From the NCBI GenBank assembly GCA_963796105.1, contig CAWCKJ010000006.1, forward strand, positions 192,001 through 256,000: a stretch of DNA of 64,000 nucleotides. The letters are read 5' to 3'. The position numbers and the translations under genes were made by a program. Under the pieces are notes generated by a model that saw only the letters and a program-made list of their open reading frames with translations, searched no databases and had not been told where the DNA came from. This document shows positions 18,342 to 29,000 of the stretch, one piece after another. The DNA is from a candidate division FCPU426 bacterium. GTDB taxonomy: Bacteria > Oederibacteriota > Muellerivitia > Muellerivitales > Muellerivitaceae. The first letter of the stretch is position 1, and each line of letters opens with the position of its first letter.

Positions 18342-18454
18342 GGCGGCCTCACGAGTTGAAATTGAAGAAGGGTAATTTTAAGGGGCTTTCCTGGAAAAGA
18401 AAAGCTGTTCCGCAAACGCGCAAAATACAGCAAGTTGCCATGCTGAAGAAATGG

Positions 18455-18505
18455 AAAGAAAAGACAAGAGTCCACTCGGAATTTCATTTCGAATGGGCTC
18501 TTTTT
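18455..18505 (-). terminator. Probable terminator of the 19941-18525 unit
   Basis: Minus-strand AAGAGCCCATTCGAAAT..ATTCCGAGTGGACTCTT stem followed by a T-rich tract. Confidence 0.55.
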
Positions 18506-18524
18506 ACTTGGCGGGAATCTTCTT

Positions 18525-19514
18525 TTAATGGATTAGAAATTGAGTTCCGAAAATATAGGTGGGACCAAGGGATTGAACCCCGATGAGATGGGTCAAAATA
18601 GGAATCTGAATTTTGGCGTATAGCGTGGAATCCCCGCTGATATTCCACCAAATCCCCGGGGTGACATCCACTACCGTCCCTCCCGTATTAGGAGTGTCCC
18701 AAATCCCTGTGCCGCCCATTTTGAGCTCGGTGTCCGAGTCCGCGTAGCGTCCCTCCAGGGCCGCGGAAAGCGCGATGGAATCAAACGCCTGAAGTTGACC
18801 TTGGATCCCGCCGGTATAAGAAGTGCCGAAAGTGTAGTCGTAAACGGGAGAACTCGGGTCGTTCGTGAGGGCCTTGGTGCGGGTGACAATGTTAAAATTA
18901 GCGCTGAGGCTGAAGGTTTCCAAGCGAAGGTTGTAAAGCAAACCCCCATAGATGCCGAGCGCGCCCGTCCCCAATTGGGCGTGTGTATCCAAGTTGTCCC
19001 CCGTGATCAGTGAAGTGAAGTTGGTTTCCCCTGTAGGAAGATAAGTACCCGCGGAAATGGCCAGATCCTGGTGCCGCTTGTTCTTGATATCGGTATCGCT
19101 CAGGAAGAAATAACGGACTCCTATCATGATATCCCCGACCCCGAAAGGCGTACCCTCATCGGGACCTATCTGTTGGGAAAGTGCGAAGGCGGAGGGTGTA
19201 TAAGACCAATACTTTTCCACCAGGGGAAACATGGCGGTCAAGGTCAAATCATCCGTGGGATTATAGGAAAGCGTGGTATTGAGATTGACCTGGCGGACTG
19301 ATTCGGTACTTCCGGTCATATCGTCGCTTTGCGCGCTGGCCGTCAGGTAAATATTCTCGAAAGAAACGCGCCATGAGCCTGTCAAGGGATGAGCGGTTCC
19401 GCAACATGCCATGGGATCCCCGCAGCCGCAGACCGAGCAGGCCAGGAGGGAACTTGATGGAATTAATAACAACGTCTCTGCGATAAAAAATAATAAAACT
19501 TTAAATTTAAGCAT
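18525..19514 (-). CDS. Probable outer-membrane beta-barrel 'transporter' with an N-terminal Cys cluster
   Basis: Signal peptide then ACSVCGCG..CC; GVGD, LPTG and QLGTG motifs of MetA-pathway-like barrels; amphipathic strands. Confidence 0.7.
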   Translation of the reverse strand: MLKFKVLLFFIAETLLLIPSSSLLACSVCGCGDPMACCGTAHPLTGSWRVSFENIYLTASAQSDDMTGSTESVRQVNLNTTLSYNPTDDLTLTAMFPLVEKYWSYTPSAFALSQQIGPDEGTPFGVGDIMIGVRYFFLSDTDIKNKRHQDLAISAGTYLPTGETNFTSLITGDNLDTHAQLGTGALGIYGGLLYNLRLETFSLSANFNIVTRTKALTNDPSSPVYDYTFGTSYTGGIQGQLQAFDSIALSAALEGRYADSDTELKMGGTGIWDTPNTGGTVVDVTPGIWWNISGDSTLYAKIQIPILTHLIGVQSLGPTYIFGTQFLIH

Positions 19515-19548
19515 GATTTTCTCCTCGGTTGATTTTAAAACCGGATGA

Positions 19549-19941
19549 TTAAACGAGAAAACCTGTTTCAGGAGGGGGAGATGGAGGCTCGGCTGAACAA
19601 CGGAGGATGGAATTTTGAATTGAAAAAAAAGTCAGCTTGGAAAAAACCGCTGGGATGATATAGCTGTTGGAATGAATCCACTTGGTTGGCGTATTGGGAG
19701 AGAGCAGAGAACGGGAATGATCCGGTGAACAGCCGGAGGCATAAAGCCCCGGCGATCTTTGACCGCAGGGGGCTGTGGCGGCCTTTCCGGCGCAACAACA
19801 GATATCCCCGCAGGTATCTTTCATGCCGCAAGTCGCGCAGACCCTTTGCCTGGCCTGCCGAGCGGGGCTTGAAAGATTCAAGAACGGATCGGCAACCGAA
19901 AGGAAAATTAAAATAAGAAGAAGCCCTTTATTAAAAGCCAT
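19549..19941 (-). CDS. Cys-rich, Pro-tailed small exported/leader protein (DUF2946-like architecture)
   Basis: Hydrophobic N-terminus, CATC..C..CCC..C..C, C-terminal EPPSPPP; AAGGA RBS. Confidence 0.7.
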   Translation of the reverse strand: MAFNKGLLLILIFLSVADPFLNLSSPARQARQRVCATCGMKDTCGDICCCAGKAATAPCGQRSPGLYASGCSPDHSRSLLSPNTPTKWIHSNSYIIPAVFSKLTFFSIQNSILRCSAEPPSPPPETGFLV

Positions 19942-20022
19942 GTCCTTAAGTTAAATAGGCTTACTTGGAATTGCAAGGGGATGCATTGGCCCTTCCTGGG
20001 CGGCAAGAAAAGCCGTGGAATA

Positions 20023-23013
20023 TTATCGGAGGATAAGCCATTTCAAGATGGTGCGGCCCGCTGAGGAGTCCACCGCGATGTAATAAAGGCCATTGGCCAG
20101 TGGTTTGCCCTGTTTGTCGATTGGGGAAATGGGAACTTGGAAACGGACAAGTCCCGCCGGAACACCATCATATTCTTGTCTTTGAACCATCCGTAAGACG
20201 GTGGTGAAAAGTCTGACGGTAACCTTTGAGGGTTTGGAATTGTTGAGGGTGAGTTGAAGGGTTACAGGGCCTGAATTCCGGAGCGGATTGGGCCAAACAA
20301 CCGGGGGACCTACCGTGATTCCAATCGTGGGAGTGATTGTCAGGTTCGGGGTGGGAGTCGCGGTGGGTGAGTAGGTGCCAGTTTGGGTCCAGGTGATTGT
20401 CAGTGACGGCGTTGAAGCCGGGGTGTCCGTTGAAATCAAGGTATCCGTAGCGGTCGGGGTGTCGGTATAAGTATAGGTTGGTACACCCGTCGGCCATGGA
20501 GTGGGGCTCATGGTTAAGGTGGGAGACAGGGTCAGGGTGGGAGTCAAAGTAGCCGAGGGAGAGGGAGTCCGAGTGGATGTAAGGGATGGAGTTGAGGTTA
20601 TCGCGGGGGAGGAAGTTGGGGAAAAGGTCGGGGTGGAAGTGAAGGGACAGGGTGACTGGACCAGGCGGATGTTATCCAAATAGAATGTTCCTGTTCCGGT
20701 GGAATCGGTGTTGAAAATGAAATAAAGCTCGGTCAAGGTATCCGTCCTGGAAAGCCCTCCCGCCGAATAATCAATATTCAAAGTCACGCTATTGGCTCCG
20801 GTGTTAAGCCAGGCATAGTTTGAAATTTGCCACTGCCCAAGAGCCGCGGAACTGGCGGCGAGGACCAATTGGGAATAAGTGGTTCCGGACGAAATAAGGG
20901 ATGGGGAGACATAGACATCCATGATCACTTGGCCCACCCCGGTCCAAACGTTTGGGGAAAAACCGGTCAAGTTCATGATTTCATTGTTCCAACGTACGTT
21001 CGTGGTTACGGCGACCGCCAGGGAATGACTGCCCTGGGTCACATTGAGGGTGGAAAGGGAAAGAGCGGAATGGTAAGTGACGCCGCTTGTGGGCGGGTTC
21101 CACGTGCCGTTATCCGTCAGGGTATCGCAGGCATTAAAGAGCACTGGGCATCCCGGCGGAGTGGCGGTCGGGGTCCAGGTCGGGGTGAGGGTCTTGGTCG
21201 CGGTGGGAGTCGGGGTTGGGCTTGGGGTAAAGGTGTAGGTGGGGATTGTTCCTGTGGAGGTGGGAGTGGCGGTGTGGGTTGGGGTGGGCGTCCCCGTGGA
21301 AGTGGAGGTGGAAGTAGGAGTGAGGGTGTTAAAAGATTGGCTCAGGGTGATTTCATAGAGAGTACCGGAGCGCCCTGGAAGGCTGTCGGAGAAACTGGCC
21401 GCCGAGGCTGTGACGGGAGCAGTCGTTGGGCTGTAGAGGGTGGAATGGGTGGAGTCAAACCGGTAGGACTTGATCGAAGAAATTCCCTGTCCTCCCGACA
21501 AGTTAGCAATTGTGAAACTTCCCGTGTCAGTGACGGAGGCCGAAGAATAATTCCGGCTGAGGGCCACTATCCAGATTTTGTTGGGCTGGATGTTGCTCCG
21601 CGCCGCGTAACCGGAGGCCAGGGTAATACTGGCGCTGGGAACCGAGACAGGCATGGAAAGGTTCCCGAAGCTTGCCCCGGCCCCGTTGTAATTGAGGTAA
21701 AGGTTGTATGCCGCCCCGACATAGGCGTTGTTGGTGCCGTCGTCCCAGCGGCAGGCTCCCACCCCGTATTTCCCGAAAATTCCCAAGGCGTCCGCCTGGG
21801 CCACCCCTCCGGAGACGTCCTCGCCGGAACCGTATTGGTACTCGGAAAAAAATAATTTTGTCCCAGGATAATATTGGCTGACCGCGGCTTGGAGTCGTGG
21901 AATGAGGGTGACGGGGGTGTTGGGAAGCGAGTTTTGGGCGATCCAGCTGATTTCGGTATAAGAAGGGTCCCAAAGGGAACGCGGCGCCTGCATGCGGGCG
22001 ACGGCGACTCCCTGGCTGGTATCATCGTTGGTGATTCGAACCTGGCTGGCGCCGTTGCTCCCGGTGGCCTCGGGGTACCAATGGAGGTCCAAGTAATGTA
22101 AAAGGCGCCGGCCGGCGGAGTTGGAAGCTGAGCTCATGGTGGCCAAGTAATAATTCAAGTAGGGAACATAGTTGCCGTTGTCGTAGGAAGATAGATTTCC
22201 AGCGTCCGGCGCGCCCTGGTTGTTGGTGTACTCCCCCCAGCCATAAGCCACTGGCCCCAGGACCTGGGCTACGGGATCAATAGAGGTGATCACGGTTGCT
22301 AGGCTGACCCCTTTTCCGGCCACTTCGGAGCAGGCGGCTTGGGCTGGATGTACGAGGGGATGGGTGCCGCTCCAAATACCCGGCTCATTGTCCAGATCAT
22401 AAAAGAGGGCCCCCCCGCTACTGGCGGAACCCACAGTGGCCAATAGGTAATACATTTCCTCATCCATATAAACTACGTTGTCGGTGGTGACCGGGGCACC
22501 TGAGGAAGGTCCACCTGAAAAACTCACGGCTTTCCAATAGGTCCCGCTCGTGTCCGCCGCCCCGGTGATCGTCACGTCGCAATTGCAATTGCCGTCAGCC
22601 GAGACATAACCCGCCATTTGCAGGGTGACAAGTGAGGCGGCAGTAACCGCGTTGTTGTTTAGGATGAAATTGGTCAGGGTGGTCGCCGGCAATCCGGGGG
22701 GGGTGACATTACCGGGAACCATATACCAGTCCTCATGGTTGGGGCCCCAATCCATGCCCGCGTTGGAGGCGTTATTTTCCCAGTTATATGCCGTCAACCG
22801 GTTGCCACCCTGGCGGTAAAGGGGAATGTTGTTGACCAGGGTGAAGGTGGGGGTTGTTTGGGTGGCTGGGTTGTTGGTGATGACGTCGTTGGATCCGTAA
22901 CAATAAGGGGGGATCACCGATACGGAAGCGCCAGCGTCCACGGTGAATGTGATCGTGGCGGCGCGCAGGACAGCGCAAAAGAAAAAGGAAAGGAAAAAGA
23001 AAGTTTTTTGGAT
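20023..23013 (-). CDS. Secreted glycoside hydrolase family 44 with Thr/Pro linkers, a CBM-like module and a C-terminal Ig-like domain
   Basis: RQGGNRLTAYNWENNASNAG, LDNEP (acid/base), SEY (nucleophile), QAPRSLWDP; the frame extends upstream of 22941 through a signal peptide to ATC 23013. Confidence 0.88.
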   Translation of the reverse strand: MQKTFFFLSFFFCAVLRAATITFTVDAGASVSVIPPYCYGSNDVITNNPATQTTPTFTLVNNIPLYRQGGNRLTAYNWENNASNAGMDWGPNHEDWYMVPGNVTPPGLPATTLTNFILNNNAVTAASLVTLQMAGYVSADGNCNCDVTITGAADTSGTYWKAVSFSGGPSSGAPVTTDNVVYMDEEMYYLLATVGSASSGGALFYDLDNEPGIWSGTHPLVHPAQAACSEVAGKGVSLATVITSIDPVAQVLGPVAYGWGEYTNNQGAPDAGNLSSYDNGNYVPYLNYYLATMSSASNSAGRRLLHYLDLHWYPEATGSNGASQVRITNDDTSQGVAVARMQAPRSLWDPSYTEISWIAQNSLPNTPVTLIPRLQAAVSQYYPGTKLFFSEYQYGSGEDVSGGVAQADALGIFGKYGVGACRWDDGTNNAYVGAAYNLYLNYNGAGASFGNLSMPVSVPSASITLASGYAARSNIQPNKIWIVALSRNYSSASVTDTGSFTIANLSGGQGISSIKSYRFDSTHSTLYSPTTAPVTASAASFSDSLPGRSGTLYEITLSQSFNTLTPTSTSTSTGTPTPTHTATPTSTGTIPTYTFTPSPTPTPTATKTLTPTWTPTATPPGCPVLFNACDTLTDNGTWNPPTSGVTYHSALSLSTLNVTQGSHSLAVAVTTNVRWNNEIMNLTGFSPNVWTGVGQVIMDVYVSPSLISSGTTYSQLVLAASSAALGQWQISNYAWLNTGANSVTLNIDYSAGGLSRTDTLTELYFIFNTDSTGTGTFYLDNIRLVQSPCPFTSTPTFSPTSSPAITSTPSLTSTRTPSPSATLTPTLTLSPTLTMSPTPWPTGVPTYTYTDTPTATDTLISTDTPASTPSLTITWTQTGTYSPTATPTPNLTITPTIGITVGPPVVWPNPLRNSGPVTLQLTLNNSKPSKVTVRLFTTVLRMVQRQEYDGVPAGLVRFQVPISPIDKQGKPLANGLYYIAVDSSAGRTILKWLILR

Positions 23014-23112
23014 GGAAGTGCCTCAGTTTTACTTGTGAGGGAAGTTTATCATGGAAATGTCCGGGTTTTAGGGTGAAAAGAGGATTAAGTTAAACAGCGT
23101 GATTGTAACTTA

Positions 23113-25191
23113 TTATTCTTTCTCGGCTTTAAAAGGCGTCCGGTCCTGTTTCAAAACGATTTGGTAAAGGTCCAAAAGATTTTTATATTCAATGCCTGGG
23201 AGGAAAGTGCGCTGTTTCAAACCCAAATAACGCTCGTAAACAAGCGTGTCAAATTGCACCTTTGAGTCGGAGGAGAACTCGGCGGCTTGGTTGGTCAAGG
23301 CCACATCCTTGGGGAGATCCCCTGTCTTGAAACCGTTGGGCAGTTTAACAATGGCCTGAGTTTCCGAGTTGAAATTTTGGGGAATGACAACAGGCGTTTG
23401 GCGGCTTTCTTTCAGGGCGGCGAAGAAGTCGTCAATATCCTCGAAAACCAGCGGATAAAAAGTCATGGAGCCGTCCGCCGCCAGTTTGGCGTAACGGGGA
23501 ATCTCAAAGGTGTAATGGACATCCAGCGGGGTGGTTAAATCCCGGTAATCCCCGAAATGGTAATCCAGCAATCGGACGCCCGGAAAACGCTTGGAAAGGG
23601 ACTTCCAGACGGCTTGACGGCGGTTGTCCCCGGGGTTGGCCCGGAAAAAACGGCGAAGGGCCAATTCGGAAGAACCGAAGGCCCTCAAATCGACGGTGCA
23701 CTTCAGCTTGCCAGCCGTATCGAAACTCATGGTGAGATCCCGATGCTTGCGATGTTCCCTGGCCGTGAAGGGGGGAAGGGTTTTCCAGGTCAGGGGTGAA
23801 AACACGGAAAGAGCCTGCCGGCCCAACGCCGAAAGGGGAAGGATTTTTGGGGGGGCAAGGGGTTCGGTTGGATCCATCCAGACCCAGTCCTTCCCATTTG
23901 AGACGGCTATCAAGACCCCGTCCAATTGAGAAAGCGCAGGAAGATCCCCAACCAGATCGCCGCTTGTGGATTGCCGGTAAAGGAAGACTTGGGGATTCAG
24001 TTTGAGGGCTTTCAGGGCCATGGCAAAAAGCACAGTCAAGTCATGGGAAGTACCTTTGCCGCTCTCGATAATCTCGGTCACCGGCCGGTCCGGATTAAGG
24101 TACACCGGCAGGCCCGTGTCCACCCATTCAACTTTCTGGTGGATGACCTCCTTCAATTTGGAGAGCCGGTCAATGAGGGGCAGGGTGGTGTTTCCACAGG
24201 CGTCACCCAGCAGTTCATATATCGGTCCGGGCTCCGAATCCAAGTACATTTTGACCCTTTTTCGGTAAGGTGAAACGGCCGATTCCCAGGTTTTGTTTAT
24301 AGTGAAGGCGGCCAGCGGAGCCAAGTCCGCGAGGGAGGGCTGGAAGCTTTCCACCGGGATGGGGTCGGAGGGGGGGTCCATGGAAAAATGGATTGTTTTT
24401 TCCTTGGAATGCTTTTCCTCGGTGACCAGGAGATTTTGGGGCATCCGAAGCCTGACAGCGTAGAGGTAAAGATCCGAGGGCATCTTCAAGGTCAAATCCC
24501 TCTTGAGGGAGGGAGAGTAGTCGTTCCAGGAAAAAGCGAAACTTCCCTCCGCGGGTACGGGATGGGGTTTCTTGAAATCCTTTTTAAAGTCCCTCTCGGA
24601 CATGAGGCTGGAAATTTTGGTTTCGAGGGTAAAGGCCACCTCCAGGGCTTGATGGGCGCCGAGGGATGGCAGGTGAACCGTCGCGATTTTAGATAAACCC
24701 CCCGGCAGATTCGGCTCAGGAGATGACCAATCCAACGTGACTGGAGTGGAAACCCGGCTCAGTGTTCCATCGTTATTCAAGTCGTACAAATTCAGGGTTT
24801 GCACTGAGAGTGTTTGGGAATCCTGGTTGAGAGTGGCCAGGGGAGGAAGGGGAAAATCGGGTTTGGCGGCTGCGGCCCATACCCGGTGTACCGTGATCTT
24901 CATGCTTTTGTCTTGATTCCAGTCCACTTGGGCTTGATCTAACACGTTCAGGAATTTAGGGGAGTCTGGTTCCCGCAATTGAGCCGCGGATTGTGAAATG
25001 AGGCGCTCGGTTTCGGATAACTCACCTGATGGTTTTTTTTCGGATGGCGCTGTCGCGCATCCATTGATCAGGATTATGAACAGGAAGGCTCCGGCCCAAT
25101 TCCGAATGGCCGAAAAAATAGCTCCGACGAGGAGTCCTCGTTCCGATGCTTGAGAGGTCTCTTTCCCGGCTGAATTGTTTATATGATTCAT
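23113..25191 (-). CDS. DUF3857/transglutaminase-like/DUF3858-type protein, probable lipoprotein
   Basis: LINGC lipobox-like; P..EIIESGKG..D, WVWMDPT, and a C-terminal 'IVKLPNGF..LPKD' pattern. Confidence 0.7.
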   Translation of the reverse strand: MNHINNSAGKETSQASERGLLVGAIFSAIRNWAGAFLFIILINGCATAPSEKKPSGELSETERLISQSAAQLREPDSPKFLNVLDQAQVDWNQDKSMKITVHRVWAAAAKPDFPLPPLATLNQDSQTLSVQTLNLYDLNNDGTLSRVSTPVTLDWSSPEPNLPGGLSKIATVHLPSLGAHQALEVAFTLETKISSLMSERDFKKDFKKPHPVPAEGSFAFSWNDYSPSLKRDLTLKMPSDLYLYAVRLRMPQNLLVTEEKHSKEKTIHFSMDPPSDPIPVESFQPSLADLAPLAAFTINKTWESAVSPYRKRVKMYLDSEPGPIYELLGDACGNTTLPLIDRLSKLKEVIHQKVEWVDTGLPVYLNPDRPVTEIIESGKGTSHDLTVLFAMALKALKLNPQVFLYRQSTSGDLVGDLPALSQLDGVLIAVSNGKDWVWMDPTEPLAPPKILPLSALGRQALSVFSPLTWKTLPPFTAREHRKHRDLTMSFDTAGKLKCTVDLRAFGSSELALRRFFRANPGDNRRQAVWKSLSKRFPGVRLLDYHFGDYRDLTTPLDVHYTFEIPRYAKLAADGSMTFYPLVFEDIDDFFAALKESRQTPVVIPQNFNSETQAIVKLPNGFKTGDLPKDVALTNQAAEFSSDSKVQFDTLVYERYLGLKQRTFLPGIEYKNLLDLYQIVLKQDRTPFKAEKE

Positions 25192-25853
25192 TTTTTTTCT
25201 CCGGCGTTTTTCAGGGCCCTGACAGCCACTTCCATGTCCGGGGCCTTGAAGAGAGCCGTGGCGGCCACCAACATGTTGGCGCCAGCCTCAATGACTAAGG
25301 GAGCTGTTCGGGGAGAAATTCCACCATCCACGGCGATATCCAGGTCCATGTTTTCCCCGCGGCACCATTTGGAAAAACGGGCTATTTTCGGAATAACCTG
25401 GGGCATGAAGGCTTGGCCCGCGTATCCCGGATAAACACTCATGAAGAGAACTGAGTCTAGTTTTCCGGCGAAAGGTTTCAAAATGTCCTCCGGCGTATCC
25501 GGATTGAGAACCATGCCGGCCCTGCATCCGTTGGTATGGATCATGTGGATCAGGCGCAACGGATCCTCGACAGCCTCGGCGTGGAATAAAATGGCGGTAG
25601 AGCCGGCCTTGGCATATTCAGGGATGAATTTTTCCGCGTTCTCGATCATCAAGTGCGCCTCGATGGAGGCCTTGATCCTGTCCTTCAGTCCCGCGATGAC
25701 TGGCGCGCCAAAGGTGAGATTGGGGACAAAATGTCCATCCATCACATCCATGTGAAGAATGTCAGCCCCCGCTTTCAGGGCCCTACGGCTCTCCTCCAGG
25801 AGATTTCCAAGGTCAGCGGCCAAGATGGATGCGGAAACTTGAATTCGTTTCAT
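25188..25853 (-). CDS. rpe: Ribulose-phosphate 3-epimerase
   Basis: SILAAD, HMDVMDGHFVPNLTFG, HLMI, MSVYPGYAGQ, VDGGI. Confidence 0.97.
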   Translation of the reverse strand: MKRIQVSASILAADLGNLLEESRRALKAGADILHMDVMDGHFVPNLTFGAPVIAGLKDRIKASIEAHLMIENAEKFIPEYAKAGSTAILFHAEAVEDPLRLIHMIHTNGCRAGMVLNPDTPEDILKPFAGKLDSVLFMSVYPGYAGQAFMPQVIPKIARFSKWCRGENMDLDIAVDGGISPRTAPLVIEAGANMLVAATALFKAPDMEVAVRALKNAGEKK

Positions 25854-26096
25854 AAAAATCCTTCGCGTATTTAGGCGTTTTTTAAGCAAAAATCAAAAAT
25901 GCTAGAATCACGGCGTTAATAGGGCTGAGTCACAAGATACTTGACCCCGTTCAAAATTAATAATGAAACCATAAGGGCGGAGTTATACTATCAAAACGAC
26001 AACAAAATATCCAAAGTCCCGGATGAATGTGATTTCCCTGGATTTTGAATGTTCGTTTTATTACGACCATTCTCTTGATGGCCTTCCGAGTGTGGT

Positions 26097-29000
26097 ATGA
26101 AACACAAAAGAACTAAAATTTCTCCCAAACCCCGATCCAAAAAATCCCCGAATAACAATAAAAAAATTGACTCAAAAAGTATTTCCCGGACGAATGACGG
26201 GATTTTTCCCGGAATCCTTTCTCCTGTTGTTGTTCCCTCTGATAAACCCGGTAAAGCCAAAATCAAGGTCCGGCAATCGGATCAATATCGGGACTTAGTG
26301 GAAAAATTCAGCGACGGGATCATGATTGTTGGGATGGACGGCCGCGTTCATTACGCCAGTCCCTCGCTGGAAAGAGTCCTTGGAAACCCCGCGAAAGACT
26401 TGGTGGACAAAAATGCCCTCAAGGCCCTCCGTCCCGATTCCATGGGTAAAGTCGACGCTTTTGTCCGAAAACTCTTAAAAACCCAAGGCGTCGTGATTCA
26501 CGAGGAATTCAAGGCCCGCCACAAGAGCGGATCTTGGAGGGATTTGGACGTCACCGGCATCAACCATTTCAATGATCCCAGGGTAAAGGGATTGGTCCTT
26601 AATTTCCGGGATATCACCGAGAGGAGAAGCGCCGAAAAAGCCCTCCGGGGCTCCGAAGAGCTTTTCCGGAGCCTGACTGAGAATTCCCATGATGTCATAT
26701 CCCTGGTGGGCGCCGATGGGTTGGTCCGTTATATCAGCCCCTCCCAAAAAAAGGTGTTGGGATATGACCCGACGGAATTGACGGGAAAAAAGATGGATGT
26801 TCTCATCCACCCGGATGATTTGGACCGCCTTCATAAGATATTTCGATCGTTCATTCAAAGAGTGGGAGAGACGATCACGGTGGATGTGCGCGCCAAACAC
26901 AAGGACGGTTCCTGGCGGGTCATGGAAGCGACGGCCATTAACCACCTGAATAATCCCGCCGTCCATGGGATCATCGTTACCCACCGGGATATCACCGACC
27001 GGAAGCTGACTCAGGACGCGATCAAGGCTTCCGAGGAAAAATTCCGGGCTTTGATCGAGAAATCCCATGAGGGAGTCAAGATCGTCGGGCCCGACACTTT
27101 GGTCCGCTATGTCAGCCCCTCAGTCCAGGGAGTGCTGGGCTATGTCCCCGAGGATTTGTTGGGAAAGAGCTGTTTTGAGATTCTCCATCCGGAGGACCGG
27201 GAAATGGCCAAGGCGTTTTTCCAGGAACTGGCCGGAATGCCGGGAATCGCGAAGCAGGGGGAGTTAAGGGCCCTCCACAAGGATGGAAGCTGGAGAACCT
27301 TGGAAATCACCGGCACCAACCATTTCAATGAACCTATGGTGGGGGGATTGGTCCTGAATTACAGGGATATCACCGAAGTGAAGAAGACGAGGGAAGAACT
27401 CCGGCAATCCGAGGAAAAGTTCAGGACCCTCATCGAGAATTCCAACGACGTTCTTGCCGTCATCAATCTCCGGGCCGAAGTGAAATATGTCAGCCCTTCG
27501 GTGAAATATGTCTTGGGATATTCCCCGGAAGAATTAGCGGGGCATAGGGACGAGGATTTTATCCATCCGGATGACCGTGATGTGTTGGGGAAAATCGTGG
27601 AAGTTGTCACAGCCAATCCTGGAAAAGCCATTGGATTTGAGCTGAGGGGAAAACACAAAAATGGATCCTGGAGGAGGCTGGAAGGAACCATCACCAACTT
27701 GTTGAACAATCTTCCTGTCATGGGATTCGGGGCGGTTTTCCGGGACGTCACTGAGAAAAGGAGAGCTGAAGAGGAAGTCGTCAAATCCGAGAAAAGATTC
27801 CGCAGTCTTATCGAGCACTCCCACGATTTGATCCAGATTTGGGGCCCCAAGGGCGAGAGGCTTTATGAAAGCCCCACCATAGAGAGATTGCTGGGATACC
27901 GCCCGGGCGAAAGAAGGGGCTCGGCGATGGATGCGGGTGTTACTTCCGATGATGATAAAGCCCAAAAGTTCCTGAAGCATATCCTGGCCGCACCAGGCTT
28001 GCCGCTTCGGGCGGAGATCAAGGCCCGGCATAAGGACGGTCATTTCATCGACATGGAGGTAGTCGCCACAAACCTTCTCCATGATCCGGCTGTCGGGGGC
28101 ATCGTGGTCAACTCCAGGAATATTGCGGAGAAAAAACTCGCGGAGGAGGCGCTAGTCAAGTCGGAGGAGAAATTCCGCAGCCTCATCGAGAAATCCTATG
28201 ATGGAATCCACATGGTGGACGCCCAAGGGAAACTTCTCTACGTCAGCCCCGCTATCAAAAAAATCCTGGGTTTTGATCCCGAAGAGCGGATTGGGCGCTC
28301 TTTTTTGGAACTTCAACCCAAAGAAGACCGGGAAGGCGTCCGAAGGGAATTCGAACGGTTTGTCCAAAATGTTGGCGGTACAGGGACCATTCGAGTGCGG
28401 GTGCGGCACAAGGACGGCTCTTTGAGGTATCTGGAGGTGGCCGGTACCAACCTGTTGAACCACCCGGCCATCCAGGGGATCGTTTTCAACTATCGTGACA
28501 TGACTGAAGGCATTTTGGCAGAGGAGTCTATCAGGCAGTCTGAGGAAAAATTCCGGAATCTTTTGGAAATGATTCCTTACGGAATATGGGTGCACCGCCA
28601 GAAGAAAATCACCTATATCAATGAGGCGGCCTTGCGGATCTTGGGTTATCGGAAAGCCGGGGAATTGATCGGAAAAGAGTCCTTGGAATTGGTCCATCCC
28701 GAGGAAAGGGATGCGGCGAAAAAGAGAATCGACCATTTGAAACCCGGAGAACATAATCCTTCCGTTGAAAGGAGGTTTCTTCGCAAAAATGGTGAGACGG
28801 TTTACACCGAAGTCATGAGCCTTTCGATTTTATCTGAAGGGCAACCGGCTGTTTTGGTGGTGATCCGGGACCTTACGGAAAGGAAAAAAAATGAGGCGGA
28901 ACTCCGGAGGTCGGAGGAAAATTTCCGCTCTTTGGTAGAGAATTCACCTGACGCCATCCTGATTCACTGGGGAGAGGTGATTTATTACGCCAATCCTTCC

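Noticed and set aside
18342..18524. SRP RNA (ffs) next to ffh
   Set aside because: No conserved domain IV sequence found; only a terminator-like hairpin.
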